Assembly: GCA_963666295.1 (NCBI GenBank)
Contig: OY762707.1
Span: 570,726 to 634,725, forward strand
Source: Burkholderiaceae bacterium
GTDB taxonomy: Bacteria > Pseudomonadota > Gammaproteobacteria > Burkholderiales > Burkholderiaceae_D
Direction: 5' to 3'
Length of the DNA: 64,000 nt
Part shown: one piece after another, positions 1-10,865 of the stretch
Numbering within the stretch: position 1 is the stretch's first letter
Layout of the letters: every line of letters starts with the position of its first letter
Translations under genes and position numbers: made by a program
Notes under the pieces: model-generated
Told to the model about the DNA's origin: nothing
The model's database searches: none
Seen by the model: only the letters and a program-made list of their open reading frames with translations

Positions 1-300
1 TTCTGGAACGTCTTCCGTTTTTTCCGCGATACTCGGATGACCTGCAATCTTGAGGTCATTGGTTTTAAGGGCGACATTGAACTGCGTATTGAGCATTTCA
101 TGGATAACATCCGAGTGAATCTCATTGCCATATTGCGCTGCCACCATCTTGAGCGGCACTTTACCCTTGCGAAAGCCGTGCGCTTTGGCGGTGCGAGCTT
201 GCACCTTGAGACGTTTATCCACTTCTTTTTGAATATCTTCACTTGGAAGAAAAATCGAAACGCGACGTTCAAGCTTTTCCAGAGTTTCAACGATTGCCAT
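1..300 (-). CDS. tig: trigger factor, N-terminal 100 codons (gene continues past window start)
   Basis: Own reverse-strand translation from ATG at 300: MAIVETLEKLERRVSIFLPSEDIQKEVDKRLKVQARTAKAHGFRKGKVPLKMVAAQYG... This matches the conserved trigger-factor N-terminus (GFRxGKxPLKM..YG). It is absent from the ORF track because it runs off the window. Confidence 0.8.
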   Translation of the reverse strand, partial: MAIVETLEKLERRVSIFLPSEDIQKEVDKRLKVQARTAKAHGFRKGKVPLKMVAAQYGNEIHSDVIHEMLNTQFNVALKTNDLKIAGHPSIAEKTEDVPE

Positions 301-525
301 GTAAATTGTCCAATAAATTAAATAGTTAGTAGAGCGGGGATTAAGGCGTCAACCAGACTCCGGCAGCAACTTATGCTCAAATAAGCCAGAACAGAATCAA
401 AACAGCACGCCCCTCTTTTGACCACCCGCGCAAAAAGCCAAGTCCAGCATTTTAGCGGATATTGATAAGCTGCTGCAAGAAAACCACCTTCCAAACAGTG
501 CGTCGCGTACAACGCCTGCTTCACC

Positions 526-1200
526 CTAGAAATCGCCATTTTCAGAAAAAGAGTACACATCCGCACCGGCAACCAGAAAATGATCCAGCACGCGCACATC
601 AACAAGCGCCAGTGCCTGCTTCAACACGCGCGTAAGATGGTGATCCATTTTGCTTGGTTTAGCGCTTCCAGAAGGATGATTATGTGCCAGAATGACCCCA
701 GCAGCGTTATGCGCCAACGCAGATTTGACGACTTCGCGCGGATAAACGCTGGCTTCGGACAAGGTGCCACGAAACATGACTTCGTCGGTAATGAGCCGAT
801 TTTGAACATCAAGAAACAGGATCACAAATAACTCGTGTTGCAATCCATTAAATTTCAACTGCAAATACGTTTTGGTCGCAGCGGGCGAATCCAGTACATC
901 TCTCGTTCGCAAACCTTCCTGTAGCGCCCGACGTGCCAGTTCCAGCGTCGCCTGCAATTGCGCAAATTTGGCTGAACCCAGGCCATTTATGCTGGTGAAC
1001 TCAGACAGCCTCGCTGAGAAAAGATGACTGATTGAGCCAAAACGTTCAAGCATTTCCCGCCCCAAATCAACGGCACTTTTCCCTTTCACCCCAACGCGCA
1101 AAAAAATAGCCAGCAATTCGGCATCAGACAATGTATGCGCTCCCTGCCTGATCAAGCGTTCGCGCGGCCGCTCATCTTCCGGCCAGTCAGTAATCGCCAT
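526..1200 (-). CDS. radC: RadC/YicR-family JAMM-motif protein (UPF0758)
   Basis: 224 aa. N-terminal [13 protein letters not shown] and C-terminal HNHPSG JAMM-type motif are typical of RadC-like proteins. Confidence 0.85.
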   Translation of the reverse strand: MAITDWPEDERPRERLIRQGAHTLSDAELLAIFLRVGVKGKSAVDLGREMLERFGSISHLFSARLSEFTSINGLGSAKFAQLQATLELARRALQEGLRTRDVLDSPAATKTYLQLKFNGLQHELFVILFLDVQNRLITDEVMFRGTLSEASVYPREVVKSALAHNAAGVILAHNHPSGSAKPSKMDHHLTRVLKQALALVDVRVLDHFLVAGADVYSFSENGDF

Positions 1201-1335
1201 AAGGTTTCCTGTACACGTTTATCTGGAACGCGCGCAAAGGTCGGCTTGCTTTCACGAAGACGTCCATCCTCAAGTAAAATGGCAGACTGAATCAAGTTTT
1301 ATTGCCAAAATTTCAATATTTTAGTCGAAAGAGCC

Positions 1336-2277
1336 ATGGAAAAGGAAATTTTGCTGGCGCAACCACGCGGGTTTTGCGCTGGTGTACACCGCGCCATTGA
1401 AGTCGTTGAACGCGCACTGGTGCAATTTGGCGCCCCAATCTATGTACGCCACGAAATTGTGCATAACTCGTACGTTGTGAACGGACTGCGAGAAAAAGGC
1501 GCCATTTTTGTTGAAGAACTGGAAGAAATCCCCTCAGGTAGCACGGTTATCTTTTCGGCGCATGGCGTATCAAAAGCCGTACGCGCCGAAGCCGAGGCAC
1601 GCAAACTGAAGGTGTTTGATGCCACGTGTCCACTGGTCACCAAAGTGCATACGGAAGTTGCAAAAATGCGTCATGAAGGGCGCGACATCATCATGATCGG
1701 CCATCAGGGTCACCCGGAAGTTGAAGGCACGATGGGGCAACTGGAAAATGGCATGCACCTGATTCAAGGTGCTGAAGATGTTGACCTGCTGACGTTCGCC
1801 AGTCCGGGGATGCTGGCCTATGTATCACAAACCACACTCTCTGTTGACGACTCAGCAGAGGTCATCAATGCATTGAAGCGCCGCTTCCCGACCATCGCGG
1901 AACCCAAAAAGGCGGACATCTGCTACGCAACCACCAACCGTCAGGCTGCTGTCAAGGCGATGCTCCCTTTTGTTGACATGGTGATCGTTGTTGGCAGCAA
2001 GAACAGCTCAAACTCCAACCGACTGCGCGAAGTGGCGGAGAAGGAGGGGGCAACGGCCTACATGGTCGACAATGCGTCGCAAATCGACCCAAACTGGCTC
2101 GAAGGCAAACACCGTATCGGCGTCACGGCAGGTGCCTCTGCGCCAGAAATTCTGGTGCAAGATGTCATTGCCTATCTCAAGGGATTGGGTGTCAATAAAG
2201 TCAAAGTGCTGGATGGCGTTGAGGAAAACGTCAGCTTTCCGCTACCCAAAGGACTGGGTGGGCAAACGAAAGCCTAG
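1336..2277 (+). CDS. ispH: 4-hydroxy-3-methylbut-2-enyl diphosphate reductase
   Basis: 313 aa. N-terminal [18 protein letters not shown] and overall IspH/LytB-like sequence. Confidence 0.9.
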   Translation: MEKEILLAQPRGFCAGVHRAIEVVERALVQFGAPIYVRHEIVHNSYVVNGLREKGAIFVEELEEIPSGSTVIFSAHGVSKAVRAEAEARKLKVFDATCPLVTKVHTEVAKMRHEGRDIIMIGHQGHPEVEGTMGQLENGMHLIQGAEDVDLLTFASPGMLAYVSQTTLSVDDSAEVINALKRRFPTIAEPKKADICYATTNRQAAVKAMLPFVDMVIVVGSKNSSNSNRLREVAEKEGATAYMVDNASQIDPNWLEGKHRIGVTAGASAPEILVQDVIAYLKGLGVNKVKVLDGVEENVSFPLPKGLGGQTKA

Positions 2278-3332
2278 TCCAATTTCGCCGAAGCCTTGCT
2301 GGCCAATTTTTGTGACAGCATGACCGAGACACCGCGAAAAGCGGGATATTCTGCGGTAATCAGAAACACCGGAATATCTGCCAGATAAGCGGCAAAACGC
2401 CCTTTTTGCTCAAAACGCTGGCGGAATTTAGACGCTGCAAAGCGATCCTGCAAGCGCGGAACAATCCCGCCCCCGATGTAAACGCCCCCCTTGGCACCCA
2501 GGGTCAGCGCCAGATTCCCAGCGAATGTTCCAAGCATCGCAAAAAAAACCTCAAGGGTTTCATTGCATAAAGCACAAGCACCGACCAGCGCTCTTTGCGA
2601 AATAGCCGGTGCCGAAAGACCCTCTGGGGTTACACCATTCAAATGTGCCAACGCCTGGTAAACAAATGTCAGGCCATCGCCAGACAGCAATCTTTCAGCC
2701 GACACATGCGAATAGGTTTTCCACGCAAAACGCAAAATTTCAGCCTCACGCTCATCCGCAGGCGAAAAGCTCGCATGACCGCCCTCCGCTTGCAAAGGGA
2801 CCCAGCCATTTTCACTCGGAATCAGAGCAGAGACCCCCAGACCAGTACCTGCCCCTAGCAAAGCAATGGGATACCCGGAGCGCGCCACACCGCCACCAAA
2901 CTGCCGTATCTCGTCTTGCGCCAAGGCAGGCAAAGCCACTGCCAGCGCCGTAAAGTCATTCACCAGCAGCAGTGTTTCCAGCCTGAATTCACGCCTTAGC
3001 GCCTCAATCGAAAACGCCCAGTCAGCATTGGTTAGTTGAACCTCATCACCATCAACCGGATTCGCAATGGCAAATGCCGCATGGCGTACTTGCCCCGCCC
3101 CGGCCGCAATGCTCTCCGACTGAGACAGGTATGTCCGCAAAGCATCGCCAATCGTTGGGAAGTGCTTGTCCTGAAGGATGGAAAGTGCCTCCAGGCGTCC
3201 GTCCTCCATCTCCAGCACAAAGCGCGCATTAGTGCCACCAATATCAGCTAACAAACGCGGGAATTCCTGAGAATGGCCAAACGCTTGTCCGGTATTTTTC
3301 TGTAATGCCCGCTTCTTGAGACGATCAACCAT
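2274..3332 (-). CDS. glk: glucokinase
   Basis: 352 aa. [15 protein letters not shown]-binding motif and Glk-like length. Convergent with ispH. Confidence 0.8.
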   Translation of the reverse strand: MVDRLKKRALQKNTGQAFGHSQEFPRLLADIGGTNARFVLEMEDGRLEALSILQDKHFPTIGDALRTYLSQSESIAAGAGQVRHAAFAIANPVDGDEVQLTNADWAFSIEALRREFRLETLLLVNDFTALAVALPALAQDEIRQFGGGVARSGYPIALLGAGTGLGVSALIPSENGWVPLQAEGGHASFSPADEREAEILRFAWKTYSHVSAERLLSGDGLTFVYQALAHLNGVTPEGLSAPAISQRALVGACALCNETLEVFFAMLGTFAGNLALTLGAKGGVYIGGGIVPRLQDRFAASKFRQRFEQKGRFAAYLADIPVFLITAEYPAFRGVSVMLSQKLASKASAKLD

Positions 3333-3338
3333 CAGGCT

Positions 3339-3947
3339 TCACCTTTTCAGAGGCTTTTTGTCAGAAACGCTTGCACGGTATACGCTTTCCCGATGATGCC
3401 ATCGCTCAGCGTCTTTACGATGCCGCGCCCAATTTTCAGCATAACGCTTGGCCAGCGCAAGATTGTTTCGCACAACCAGGACATTCTCTGCATTCTTATG
3501 TTGCGCCGACCAGGTAAAATTATAACTACCCGTAATAACTACCGGGTTACGCGTCTCGGCGTCGATGATCATCACCTTGTTATGCGCATTGCGGTAGCGT
3601 GTCTCACGCCACACAGGAATACCTGCAAGAACCAGTGCATGCACGCGCGAAGTCGGCACTTTTTCCATTTGATTTGCATCCACCAGCATGCGCACATCAA
3701 CGCCACGTCGATGGGCATCCACCAACGCCGTTGAAATCCTCCGGCTAGTCAGCAGGTAGGCTTGCACCAATATCTGCTTTTTTGCATCATTTATCGTTTT
3801 GATGATGGTGGCTTCGACATTATCCCAAGGCGAAAAAAGCGCTTGCCAGCGCCCTTGTGCAGGAAGTGATTGCGCATCTTGAGTAAACGCGCTCCCGGGT
3901 AGCAGCGCCAAAAAAAGCAGCAGCACCGACCCGTAGCGCAGCATCAT
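3339..3947 (-). CDS. secreted phospholipase D / Nuc-family endonuclease (single HKD motif)
   Basis: 202 aa. N-terminal signal peptide (LLLFLALLPGSAF) and an HKD motif, HNKVMIIDAETRNPVVITGSYNFT. Confidence 0.7.
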   Translation of the reverse strand: MMLRYGSVLLLFLALLPGSAFTQDAQSLPAQGRWQALFSPWDNVEATIIKTINDAKKQILVQAYLLTSRRISTALVDAHRRGVDVRMLVDANQMEKVPTSRVHALVLAGIPVWRETRYRNAHNKVMIIDAETRNPVVITGSYNFTWSAQHKNAENVLVVRNNLALAKRYAENWARHRKDAERWHHRESVYRASVSDKKPLKR

Positions 3948-5218
3948 TTTTCCGCTTTCTTCTCTGCCGACTTGCGCTCAAAAACTGCCGCAAAAAAGCC
4001 GTCGGTGTGATGCACGTGTGGCAACAACTTGAGGTAATCATCCATATCAAGCGGCACCTTCTGCTCAGCCAACACCTGCTTCATCGGCACCAAAGAGAAC
4101 TGGTCATGGGATGAGAGAAATTGTGCGACGACCGATTCGTTTTCTTCTTTCAACAAACTGCACGTCGCGTAAACCAGCCGCCCGCCAGGCTTGACCATGC
4201 GTGCTGCCGAAGACAAGATCGCCTGCTGTTTTTGCTGCAATTCATCAATCGCATCAAGTGACTGGCGCCACTTCATGTCCGGATTACGGCGCAAGGTGCC
4301 CAGGCCGCTACATGGCGCATCCACCAGTACGCGATCCACTTTGCCAGCCAGCCGCTTGATGCGCGCATCATTCTCATGCGCAATCCGCACTGGGTGAACG
4401 TTCGACAGGCCACTGCGTGCCAACCGAGGCTTCAGTCTGCTCAGTCGTTTCTCGGAAATATCGAAGGCATACAATCGACCGGTATTGCGCATGGCCGCTC
4501 CCAGCGCGAGGGTCTTTCCACCCGCACCCGCACAAAAATCGGCTACCATTTCGCCGCGCTTCGCGCCCACAATTTGAGACAACAACTGACTGCCTTCATC
4601 CTGCACTTCTATTGCCCCGCTCTTAAACAAGGGCAAGTTATGGAGTGCCGGCTTCTTCTTCACGCGCAAGCCCAATGAAGAAAACGGCATCGCCTCACAC
4701 TGAATGGGCGCAGCCGCTAGCTCATTAATCACATCCTCGCGAGAAGCCTTGAGCGAATTCACACGCAAATCCAGCGGTGCCGGTTGATTAAGCGCCTGTG
4801 CCAAGGCCATCGTCTCCGCCTCGCCGTATTGCTCGACCAATTTATCGAAAAGCCATTGCGGCAAATTGGCATAGATTGCCGGCGGCAATAACGCGCGATC
4901 CGTCGACATGACGCCAGCCAGCCAATCCAGCTCCTCAGCGGACAAACCCAGTGATTCCACGCCGACAGAATCCGACAGGCCCAACAACGCCATCTGGCGC
5001 ATGGTGGGTGTCGAACCGCCACACGCAAACTCAACATAAAAGCGCCTGTTGCGCAACACGGTATACACCGCCTCCGCGATCACGCCGCGCTCGCGCGAAC
5101 CCAATTTGGGGTGACGGCGAAAAAAGTGCGACAGCGTACTGTCAGCAGGGGCATCCAGACGCAACACTTCACGCAAGGCGTCTTCCGTATTGCCAATAAT
5201 TCGGGGCGACAATCTCAT
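3944..5218 (-). CDS. RsmB/NOP2/Sun-family RNA (cytosine-C5) methyltransferase
   Basis: 424 aa. SAM-binding DFCAGAGGKT, plus DAPCSGLGTLRRNPD and YATCSL catalytic-Cys motifs. Confidence 0.75.
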   Translation of the reverse strand: MRLSPRIIGNTEDALREVLRLDAPADSTLSHFFRRHPKLGSRERGVIAEAVYTVLRNRRFYVEFACGGSTPTMRQMALLGLSDSVGVESLGLSAEELDWLAGVMSTDRALLPPAIYANLPQWLFDKLVEQYGEAETMALAQALNQPAPLDLRVNSLKASREDVINELAAAPIQCEAMPFSSLGLRVKKKPALHNLPLFKSGAIEVQDEGSQLLSQIVGAKRGEMVADFCAGAGGKTLALGAAMRNTGRLYAFDISEKRLSRLKPRLARSGLSNVHPVRIAHENDARIKRLAGKVDRVLVDAPCSGLGTLRRNPDMKWRQSLDAIDELQQKQQAILSSAARMVKPGGRLVYATCSLLKEENESVVAQFLSSHDQFSLVPMKQVLAEQKVPLDMDDYLKLLPHVHHTDGFFAAVFERKSAEKKAEK

Positions 5219-5258
5219 GCGCTATCCTTGTTAAAAATAATTCTTAAGCTGAACTTAC

Positions 5259-5876
5259 TCACTCTTTCAGCGTCACTTTGCCATTTAAAATGGACAGTCG
5301 CTCTTCGATGAACCAGCGCACCGATTGCGGATAGATAAGGTGCTCCTGTACCAATACCTTTGCAGCTAGCGTTTCTTCCGTATCGTCATCCAGCACTGGC
5401 ACAGCCGCTTGCGCCACAATCGGCCCGTGATCCAGTTCATGCGTAACAAAATGCACCGTCGCGCCATGTATTTTGACGCCGGCGTCAAGCGCCTGCTGGT
5501 GCGTGTGCAAACCTTTGAAGCTCGGCAACAAGGAAGGGTGGATATTCAGCATCCGTCCACTGTAATGATCAACCAATGATGCCGTCAGAATCCGCATAAA
5601 ACCAGCGAGCAACACCAGATCCGGTTCATATTGATCAATCGCCACCTGCAACGCCGCATCAAACGCTTCTCGCGACGCATGGTCTTTACTTGACACCACC
5701 GCGGTTTCAATGCCCTGACTGGCAGCAAAAGCCAACCCTGCCGCATCTGCCCGATTACTGATGATGGCCGCAATCCGTGCCGGCCATTGCTCTGCCTGAG
5801 CAGCACGCACAATCGCCTCCATGTTGCTGCCTCGCCCTGAAATCAGGATGACGATATTTTTCACGCTTCCCCGCAC
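5259..5876 (-). CDS. purN: phosphoribosylglycinamide formyltransferase
   Basis: 205 aa. ILISGRGSN, NIHPSLLP and HGATVHFV motifs of PurN. Confidence 0.85.
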   Translation of the reverse strand: MRGSVKNIVILISGRGSNMEAIVRAAQAEQWPARIAAIISNRADAAGLAFAASQGIETAVVSSKDHASREAFDAALQVAIDQYEPDLVLLAGFMRILTASLVDHYSGRMLNIHPSLLPSFKGLHTHQQALDAGVKIHGATVHFVTHELDHGPIVAQAAVPVLDDDTEETLAAKVLVQEHLIYPQSVRWFIEERLSILNGKVTLKE

Positions 5877-5907
5877 TTGATAAGGTTACTGCCGTTCAAA
5901 AAGCCGC

Positions 5908-6348
5908 TTATTCAAACGAATAAAACACACGAAACGGCACATTCTGACTGGCCCAGAATTCTGCCACATCATGAAAGACTTCCAGAAGTTTATTTCGCTC
6001 GTTGCTGCCAAACTCTGGCGTTAGAGGCAATCTTTCCAGCACGACCACGAAACCCGCTTGCGCTTCTTCCACTTCAGAATCGGTCAAGCAATCAGCCAGC
6101 GCATCTAGATTTTGACCAAAATAATCCGGAAAACCAAATGACTCGGCTAGGTACCTGAGAACGTCTTCCTTGCTGCGTGCCCCCTTAAAGTTAACATGCA
6201 AATAACGCTGATTCAGATGAACCGCCCTTTGCTGCAAGCTTGTAAAACGAGTTGCATCTAATGGCTGAACGCTATTTGGCAAAACGCTTTCAAGCAAGCC
6301 ATCATATGGTGTCAGCTTGTATGTTTCTGGCATGCTCTCCCCCGTCAC
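5908..6348 (-). CDS. barstar-family ribonuclease inhibitor
   Basis: Contains FGFPDYFGQNLDALADCL, the barstar signature. Start is either GTG at 6348 (4-nt overlap with the RNase stop) or ATG at 6333. Confidence 0.75.
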   Translation of the reverse strand: MTGESMPETYKLTPYDGLLESVLPNSVQPLDATRFTSLQQRAVHLNQRYLHVNFKGARSKEDVLRYLAESFGFPDYFGQNLDALADCLTDSEVEEAQAGFVVVLERLPLTPEFGSNERNKLLEVFHDVAEFWASQNVPFRVFYSFE

Positions 6349-6713
6349 TCTCGCACCCGCCGGAATGTCATGTAATGATCCGCCGTGTAGTAAAACTCTG
6401 ATTTCATGGTCGGCGAGCCGCCTGACACGATTCTACGCGCACCACGCATCTTCGCACCCGGCGTTTTGACCGTGTACTCACGATAATAGCCGCGCCGCTT
6501 TCTTGGCAAATGTTTCTCGTAATTATTGAAAATGTAGCCGTCTTTTTTATAGGGGAACGGACCGCCCTGCTTGATCAATGCAATCGTTTCTCTGGCTTCA
6601 GGCGGCAACTGATCCGCAGGTATATCCCCCAACAAACCCTTGGCTTGAACGGAAAACGAAAAACACAAGGCCAACAGGTAAAGCGAGCATTTTCCAAAAA
6701 TGGTCTTGCGCAC
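6345..6713 (-). CDS. secreted guanyl-specific ribonuclease (N1/T1/Sa-barnase family)
   Basis: 122 aa. Signal peptide, then YKKDGYIFNNYEKHLP...YYREYTV.TPG...RGARRIV...FYYTADHY, a motif string typical of microbial RNase Sa/barnase-like enzymes. Immediately followed by barstar. Confidence 0.75.
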   Translation of the reverse strand: MRKTIFGKCSLYLLALCFSFSVQAKGLLGDIPADQLPPEARETIALIKQGGPFPYKKDGYIFNNYEKHLPRKRRGYYREYTVKTPGAKMRGARRIVSGGSPTMKSEFYYTADHYMTFRRVRE

Positions 6714-6779
6714 TCTGACTCCCCTTTCAAATGCGACTGCAAATAAAAACGTAGACTAACGCGTGATGGCAGGCATCCA

Positions 6780-7628
6780 TCAACGACACCCATGCCAGAC
6801 AGCGCCAGTCACCCGCTCTAATCCAGCCAGGTCACGCCACGTCCGCACTTGCTTGAAACCCGCCGCCTGCACCATTTCACGCACGGCAGCGCCCTGATCA
6901 TATCCATGCTCCATCAGCAACCACCCTGACGGCTCCAGATGGTTAGGCGCGCCATTTACAATCTGGCGCAATGCCTGCAAACCATCATCAAAATCGGTCA
7001 AGGCATCCTGCGGTTCGAATCGCAAGTCACCCTGCCGCAAATGCACATCATCTTGTTGTATGTAAGGCGGGTTGGACACTATCACTGAAAAGGTCGCCCC
7101 TCTCTCCAATGCACCGTACCAATCGCTATGCAAAAAAAGAACCGGTTTTTTGCGACGAGGCAACAAGTTAGTCGCATTAACGTGCGCCACTTCCAGCGCC
7201 GCTTGGCTTGCGTCCAGCGCGATAACCGAAACATCCGTACGTTCATGCGCAACGGCAATGGCGATGGCACCGGAACCCGTCCCCAGATCCAGCAACTTGC
7301 CAGCAGGCGGCAAGTGCTCAAGCGCCAGATCAACCAGCAATTCGGTTTCGTGACGCGGAATCAACACGTCTGGCGTAACCTTGAATTCCAGCCCATAAAA
7401 TTCGCGCTTGCCAATAATATAAGCAATCGGCTCGCCCTGTAAACGCCGCGAAAAGACATCGCGAACCCGCGTAGCCTCTTCCGCTGTAATCGTTCGCTTC
7501 GATTGGGTAATGAGCTGAACGCGCGTCAGATACAGCGCGAATCCGAGCAAAATCCGAGCTTCCAACGGATCAAGTAACGACATTCGCTGCAAGGCATCAA
7601 TTGTTACTCCCGGCTCAATTTCAGACAC
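6780..7628 (-). CDS. prmC: release-factor glutamine N5-methyltransferase
   Basis: LDLGTGSGAIA SAM motif and NPPY catalytic motif. The ORF-track ATG at 7697 would overlap dsbB by 77 nt. GTG at 7628 gives a PrmC-like length (282 aa) and overlaps the dsbB stop. The start remains uncertain (ATG at 7583 is also possible). Confidence 0.75.
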   Translation of the reverse strand: MSEIEPGVTIDALQRMSLLDPLEARILLGFALYLTRVQLITQSKRTITAEEATRVRDVFSRRLQGEPIAYIIGKREFYGLEFKVTPDVLIPRHETELLVDLALEHLPPAGKLLDLGTGSGAIAIAVAHERTDVSVIALDASQAALEVAHVNATNLLPRRKKPVLFLHSDWYGALERGATFSVIVSNPPYIQQDDVHLRQGDLRFEPQDALTDFDDGLQALRQIVNGAPNHLEPSGWLLMEHGYDQGAAVREMVQAAGFKQVRTWRDLAGLERVTGAVWHGCR

Positions 7629-8103
7629 GTCTGCGCCTTGCCCTGGTTTGAATAATGATGTGCACCAATGCCAGCGACACCAGCAAAAAAGCAACAATCG
7701 CCCATTGGGGTGTGGTCAACCCCAGGATCACCTTTTCTTGCGCACAAGAACCCCTCGCAGCAAACATCGAAGGAAACCAGCGTGCTGTCACAAAATGGTT
7801 CAGCGCATCTTCCAGAACGTCTGCGCCACAAGTCAGACTCGGCCTGGCGCTCGTCCATATTTGCCATCCCGAAAGGCCGAGGCCGCTCAGTGAAAACAAG
7901 AGGGCAAAAACCGACGGAATCTGCGGCGTGGGCAGCGCCCAGCCAACAAGACAGCACGTAGCAATCATCAGAAAAACGTAGCGCTGCATCACACACCATG
8001 AACAGGGCGCAATATTCAGATAGTGCTGCAAGTAATACGCGATGCCGACACAAGCCACACTATAAGTGACAATCAAAAGGAGCATGTGGCGCGGTTTACT
8101 CAT
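7621..8103 (-). CDS. dsbB: disulfide bond formation protein B
   Basis: Four predicted TM segments, first-loop CxxC (PCSWCVMQR). ATG at 8103 is preceded by an AAGGTGGA SD-like sequence. Confidence 0.8.
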   Translation of the reverse strand: MSKPRHMLLLIVTYSVACVGIAYYLQHYLNIAPCSWCVMQRYVFLMIATCCLVGWALPTPQIPSVFALLFSLSGLGLSGWQIWTSARPSLTCGADVLEDALNHFVTARWFPSMFAARGSCAQEKVILGLTTPQWAIVAFLLVSLALVHIIIQTRARRRRV

Positions 8104-8315
8104 GAACTTCCACCTTTCAACACTCGCGAACTTACGACCTCTTACCATTAAGACTCAAACGTCATTTCTTGTGCTGCAATTAGAACGCTTACCCGATAGC
8201 CATTAACAGCACACCTGAAGGAATTGAACATCATTTTAACCAAACACCACATCCGTACCATTGTTAAATCTGCGCCGCGGAGCAAATACGAAATTGTAGT
8301 GGCTAACCCTTGAAA

Positions 8316-9395
8316 TTAACCCTCACCCATTTCAGCCAATAGCTCTGCCTGATGCTCTGTTGCCAACGCCTTGGTCAACTCCTCCAGATCGCCGTCCATA
8401 ATGAAATCAAGCTTGTAAAGCGTCAAGCCGATCCGATGATCCGTCATGCGCCCTTGTGGAAAATTGTACGTACGAATGCGCTCGCTTCGGTCACCAGAGC
8501 CGATCAGGCTCTTGCGCGTCGCCGCTTCCTTTGCCTGTTGCTCGCGCAACTGAGCATCCCGAATTCGCGCTGCCAGAACCTGCAATGCTTGTGCCTTGTT
8601 TTTATGTTGGCTGCGACCATCCTGGCACTCGACCACAATCCCGGTTGGCAAGTGGGTCACGCGCACTGCAGAATCGGTCTTGTTCACATGCTGACCACCC
8701 GCACCCGATGCGCGATAGGTATCGATGCGCAAGTCTGCCGGGTTGATCTGCACATCGTCCAGTTCATCCACTTCAGGCATAACCGCCACGGTACAAGCAG
8801 AGGTATGAATGCGTCCCTGTGTTTCCGTTACCGGCACACGCTGAACGCGATGCCCGCCGGACTCGAACTTCATCTTTGAGTACGCGCCATGACCAATCAG
8901 GCGCACAATAACTTCGCGATACCCACCGACATCTGAGGGCGACTCGGAAATAATTTCCACTTGCCAACGGTTTCTTTCCGCAAAACGGGTATACATGCGC
9001 AACAGGTCGCCCGCAAACAACGCCGACTCGTCGCCGCCTGTGCCCGCACGAATTTCAAGATAAATATTGCGCTCGTCATTCGGGTCTTTCGGCAAAAGCA
9101 TTGTTTGCAATTCTGCCTCCAAAGCCGACATGCGCTCGCTCGATGAGGCCATTTCCTCTTGCGCAAACTCCTTCATTTCAGGGTCGGAGAGCATTTCCTG
9201 CGCAACCTTCAAATCGTCTGATGCGTGTAAATAGTCGGCATACAGCTCCACCAACGGCGACAGTTCTGCATGTTCGCGCGTCAACTTGAGATATTGATCA
9301 CGGTCGGAAATAATTTCCTCCTGCATCAACAACTCATTTACTTCTGTTAATCGATCCGCCAAATGGTCAAGCTTTGTCAGCAACGAGGGTTTCAT
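8316..9395 (-). CDS. prfA: peptide chain release factor 1
   Basis: 359 aa. [13 protein letters not shown] (GGQ motif) and PVT tripeptide region (RVPVTE). Confidence 0.95.
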   Translation of the reverse strand: MKPSLLTKLDHLADRLTEVNELLMQEEIISDRDQYLKLTREHAELSPLVELYADYLHASDDLKVAQEMLSDPEMKEFAQEEMASSSERMSALEAELQTMLLPKDPNDERNIYLEIRAGTGGDESALFAGDLLRMYTRFAERNRWQVEIISESPSDVGGYREVIVRLIGHGAYSKMKFESGGHRVQRVPVTETQGRIHTSACTVAVMPEVDELDDVQINPADLRIDTYRASGAGGQHVNKTDSAVRVTHLPTGIVVECQDGRSQHKNKAQALQVLAARIRDAQLREQQAKEAATRKSLIGSGDRSERIRTYNFPQGRMTDHRIGLTLYKLDFIMDGDLEELTKALATEHQAELLAEMGEG

Positions 9396-9691
9396 ATTTC
9401 TTGGTATATGGAGTCAATAAAATTCGCAAGGCGCGAAGAACTTCGGCTTCCGCAAAAGCCCATAAGTCAAATGGGTCGCGGTCTTGCTAACGTTGCGTGA
9501 GAAAAAGCTGCGGCAATGCTGTCATTTGCACACGCTGCTCCTGAGAGTGCGCTGAACAAAGCCGCCCGGGTGCAACAAAACGCGTTGCGCTCTTTTTGAC
9601 AGTATCAGAGATAAAAATCTGCATGCTAACAAAGTGAACAGAAAAGACCGAGTGACGATTATAGCTCGTTGCTCCCCGTTTATTTAAGGGA

Positions 9692-10402
9692 TCAGGAAAC
9701 CGCCTTCTCATTCACCTGCTCCAACACATAGCCGTACCCATAAACCGATGCCAGGCGAAAACCCGAGCCTGACCGCAAGTGCAGCTTGCGACGAACACGC
9801 GCCATATGGGTATCAACACTGCGAAAATCCGGATCCACATCAGCGCCCATCCCCCACACCGCATCGAGCATCGTTGCGCGGGACAGCGGTTGTCCAAGAT
9901 GCTGAAAAAGCAACAACGCCAGTTCAAATTCCTTTTGCGCCAATCTGATCTCGCGCCCACCGACAGTCAGTCGCATGGCCTGCATATCGAATACAAAAGC
10001 ACCCACCTTTAATTGCGCCGATGGCGTCCGATCAGGCCATGCACGCCTCAATAAGACTTGCACACGCAACGCGAGATCGGAAGGCTGGGAGACAGACCGG
10101 AGACAATAGTCATCCAGACCAGCATCCAGCAATGACAAAATGGTTTCCGAATCAGGTATCTCCACCAGCAGCAACGCCGGAATCCTGACTGGCGACCGCT
10201 CCCGCAAATGGCGCAATATCTCAGGCAGCGGCATCTCGGCCGTTGCACTATCCAATATAAGTAAATCGCATTGCGCAGACGGAAGCCAACTGAAGAAGGC
10301 CTCTGCCCGACTGAATATATGACACTCGTGTCCGGCGCCACTCAAAGTGCCTTTCAGTATTTCAGCTTGAGCGTAATCTGGATCAAGAAGTGCAATATTC
10401 AT
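9692..10402 (-). CDS. OmpR/PhoB-type winged-helix response regulator, atypical receiver, no adjacent kinase
   Basis: 236 aa. Receiver-like N-terminus (DLLILD phospho-Asp context) and a C-terminal trans_reg_C-like region (LAQKEFELALLL...VDTHMARVRRKL...YGYGY). Confidence 0.7.
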   Translation of the reverse strand: MNIALLDPDYAQAEILKGTLSGAGHECHIFSRAEAFFSWLPSAQCDLLILDSATAEMPLPEILRHLRERSPVRIPALLLVEIPDSETILSLLDAGLDDYCLRSVSQPSDLALRVQVLLRRAWPDRTPSAQLKVGAFVFDMQAMRLTVGGREIRLAQKEFELALLLFQHLGQPLSRATMLDAVWGMGADVDPDFRSVDTHMARVRRKLHLRSGSGFRLASVYGYGYVLEQVNEKAVS

Positions 10403-10586
10403 TTTTTCTGTAGCGCATCATCAGCGAACATAAAGTGCAAAATAGCTTGCCCATTATAAGAGCTGCCAGAAAAAATCTCCGGCGGCGCCTCTTTTATTCC
10501 TCACTCAAAACAAGTGCCTCACACAATATGCCGGATACTGTTAACATTGCCCGCTGAACATTCTCAAAAACGGCAACGCTTAAAAT

Positions 10587-10865
10587 ATGGAAGCTTTACA
10601 AAAACTCAGCCAAAACCGCTACCTGCGCTTTGCTCTTGCTGGTCTCTGCTTCATGCTCTTTTCCCAAGGAGTCATGCGACTCGTATATCAGCAATCCAAA
10701 TATGACCTGATTCGCGGCGTCGGCGAAGTACTGCTTTGGGGCGGCTGGGCTATCGTCAATATTGCCCATCCATTTGGCAAGAAAATACCAAAAGTCAATT
10801 TCGCTATCAACATCGGCCTGGTTTTTGTCATCTTGAGCTGGATTACTCAAGCGATGCAGCGCTAG
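10587..10865 (+). CDS. hypothetical small membrane protein
   Basis: 92 aa with 2-3 hydrophobic segments. No recognisable family. Confidence 0.35.
   Translation: MEALQKLSQNRYLRFALAGLCFMLFSQGVMRLVYQQSKYDLIRGVGEVLLWGGWAIVNIAHPFGKKIPKVNFAINIGLVFVILSWITQAMQR

Noticed and set aside
37-321. 94-aa plus-strand ORF at the window start
   Set aside because: It is antisense to a clear trigger-factor N-terminus on the minus strand.
7604-8148. Multiple overlapping ORFs around dsbB, and the 7697 start of prmC
   Set aside because: Only the DsbB frame gives TM helices and the CxxC loop. The long prmC N-extension (MLLFCWCRWHWC...) overlaps dsbB and looks non-native.
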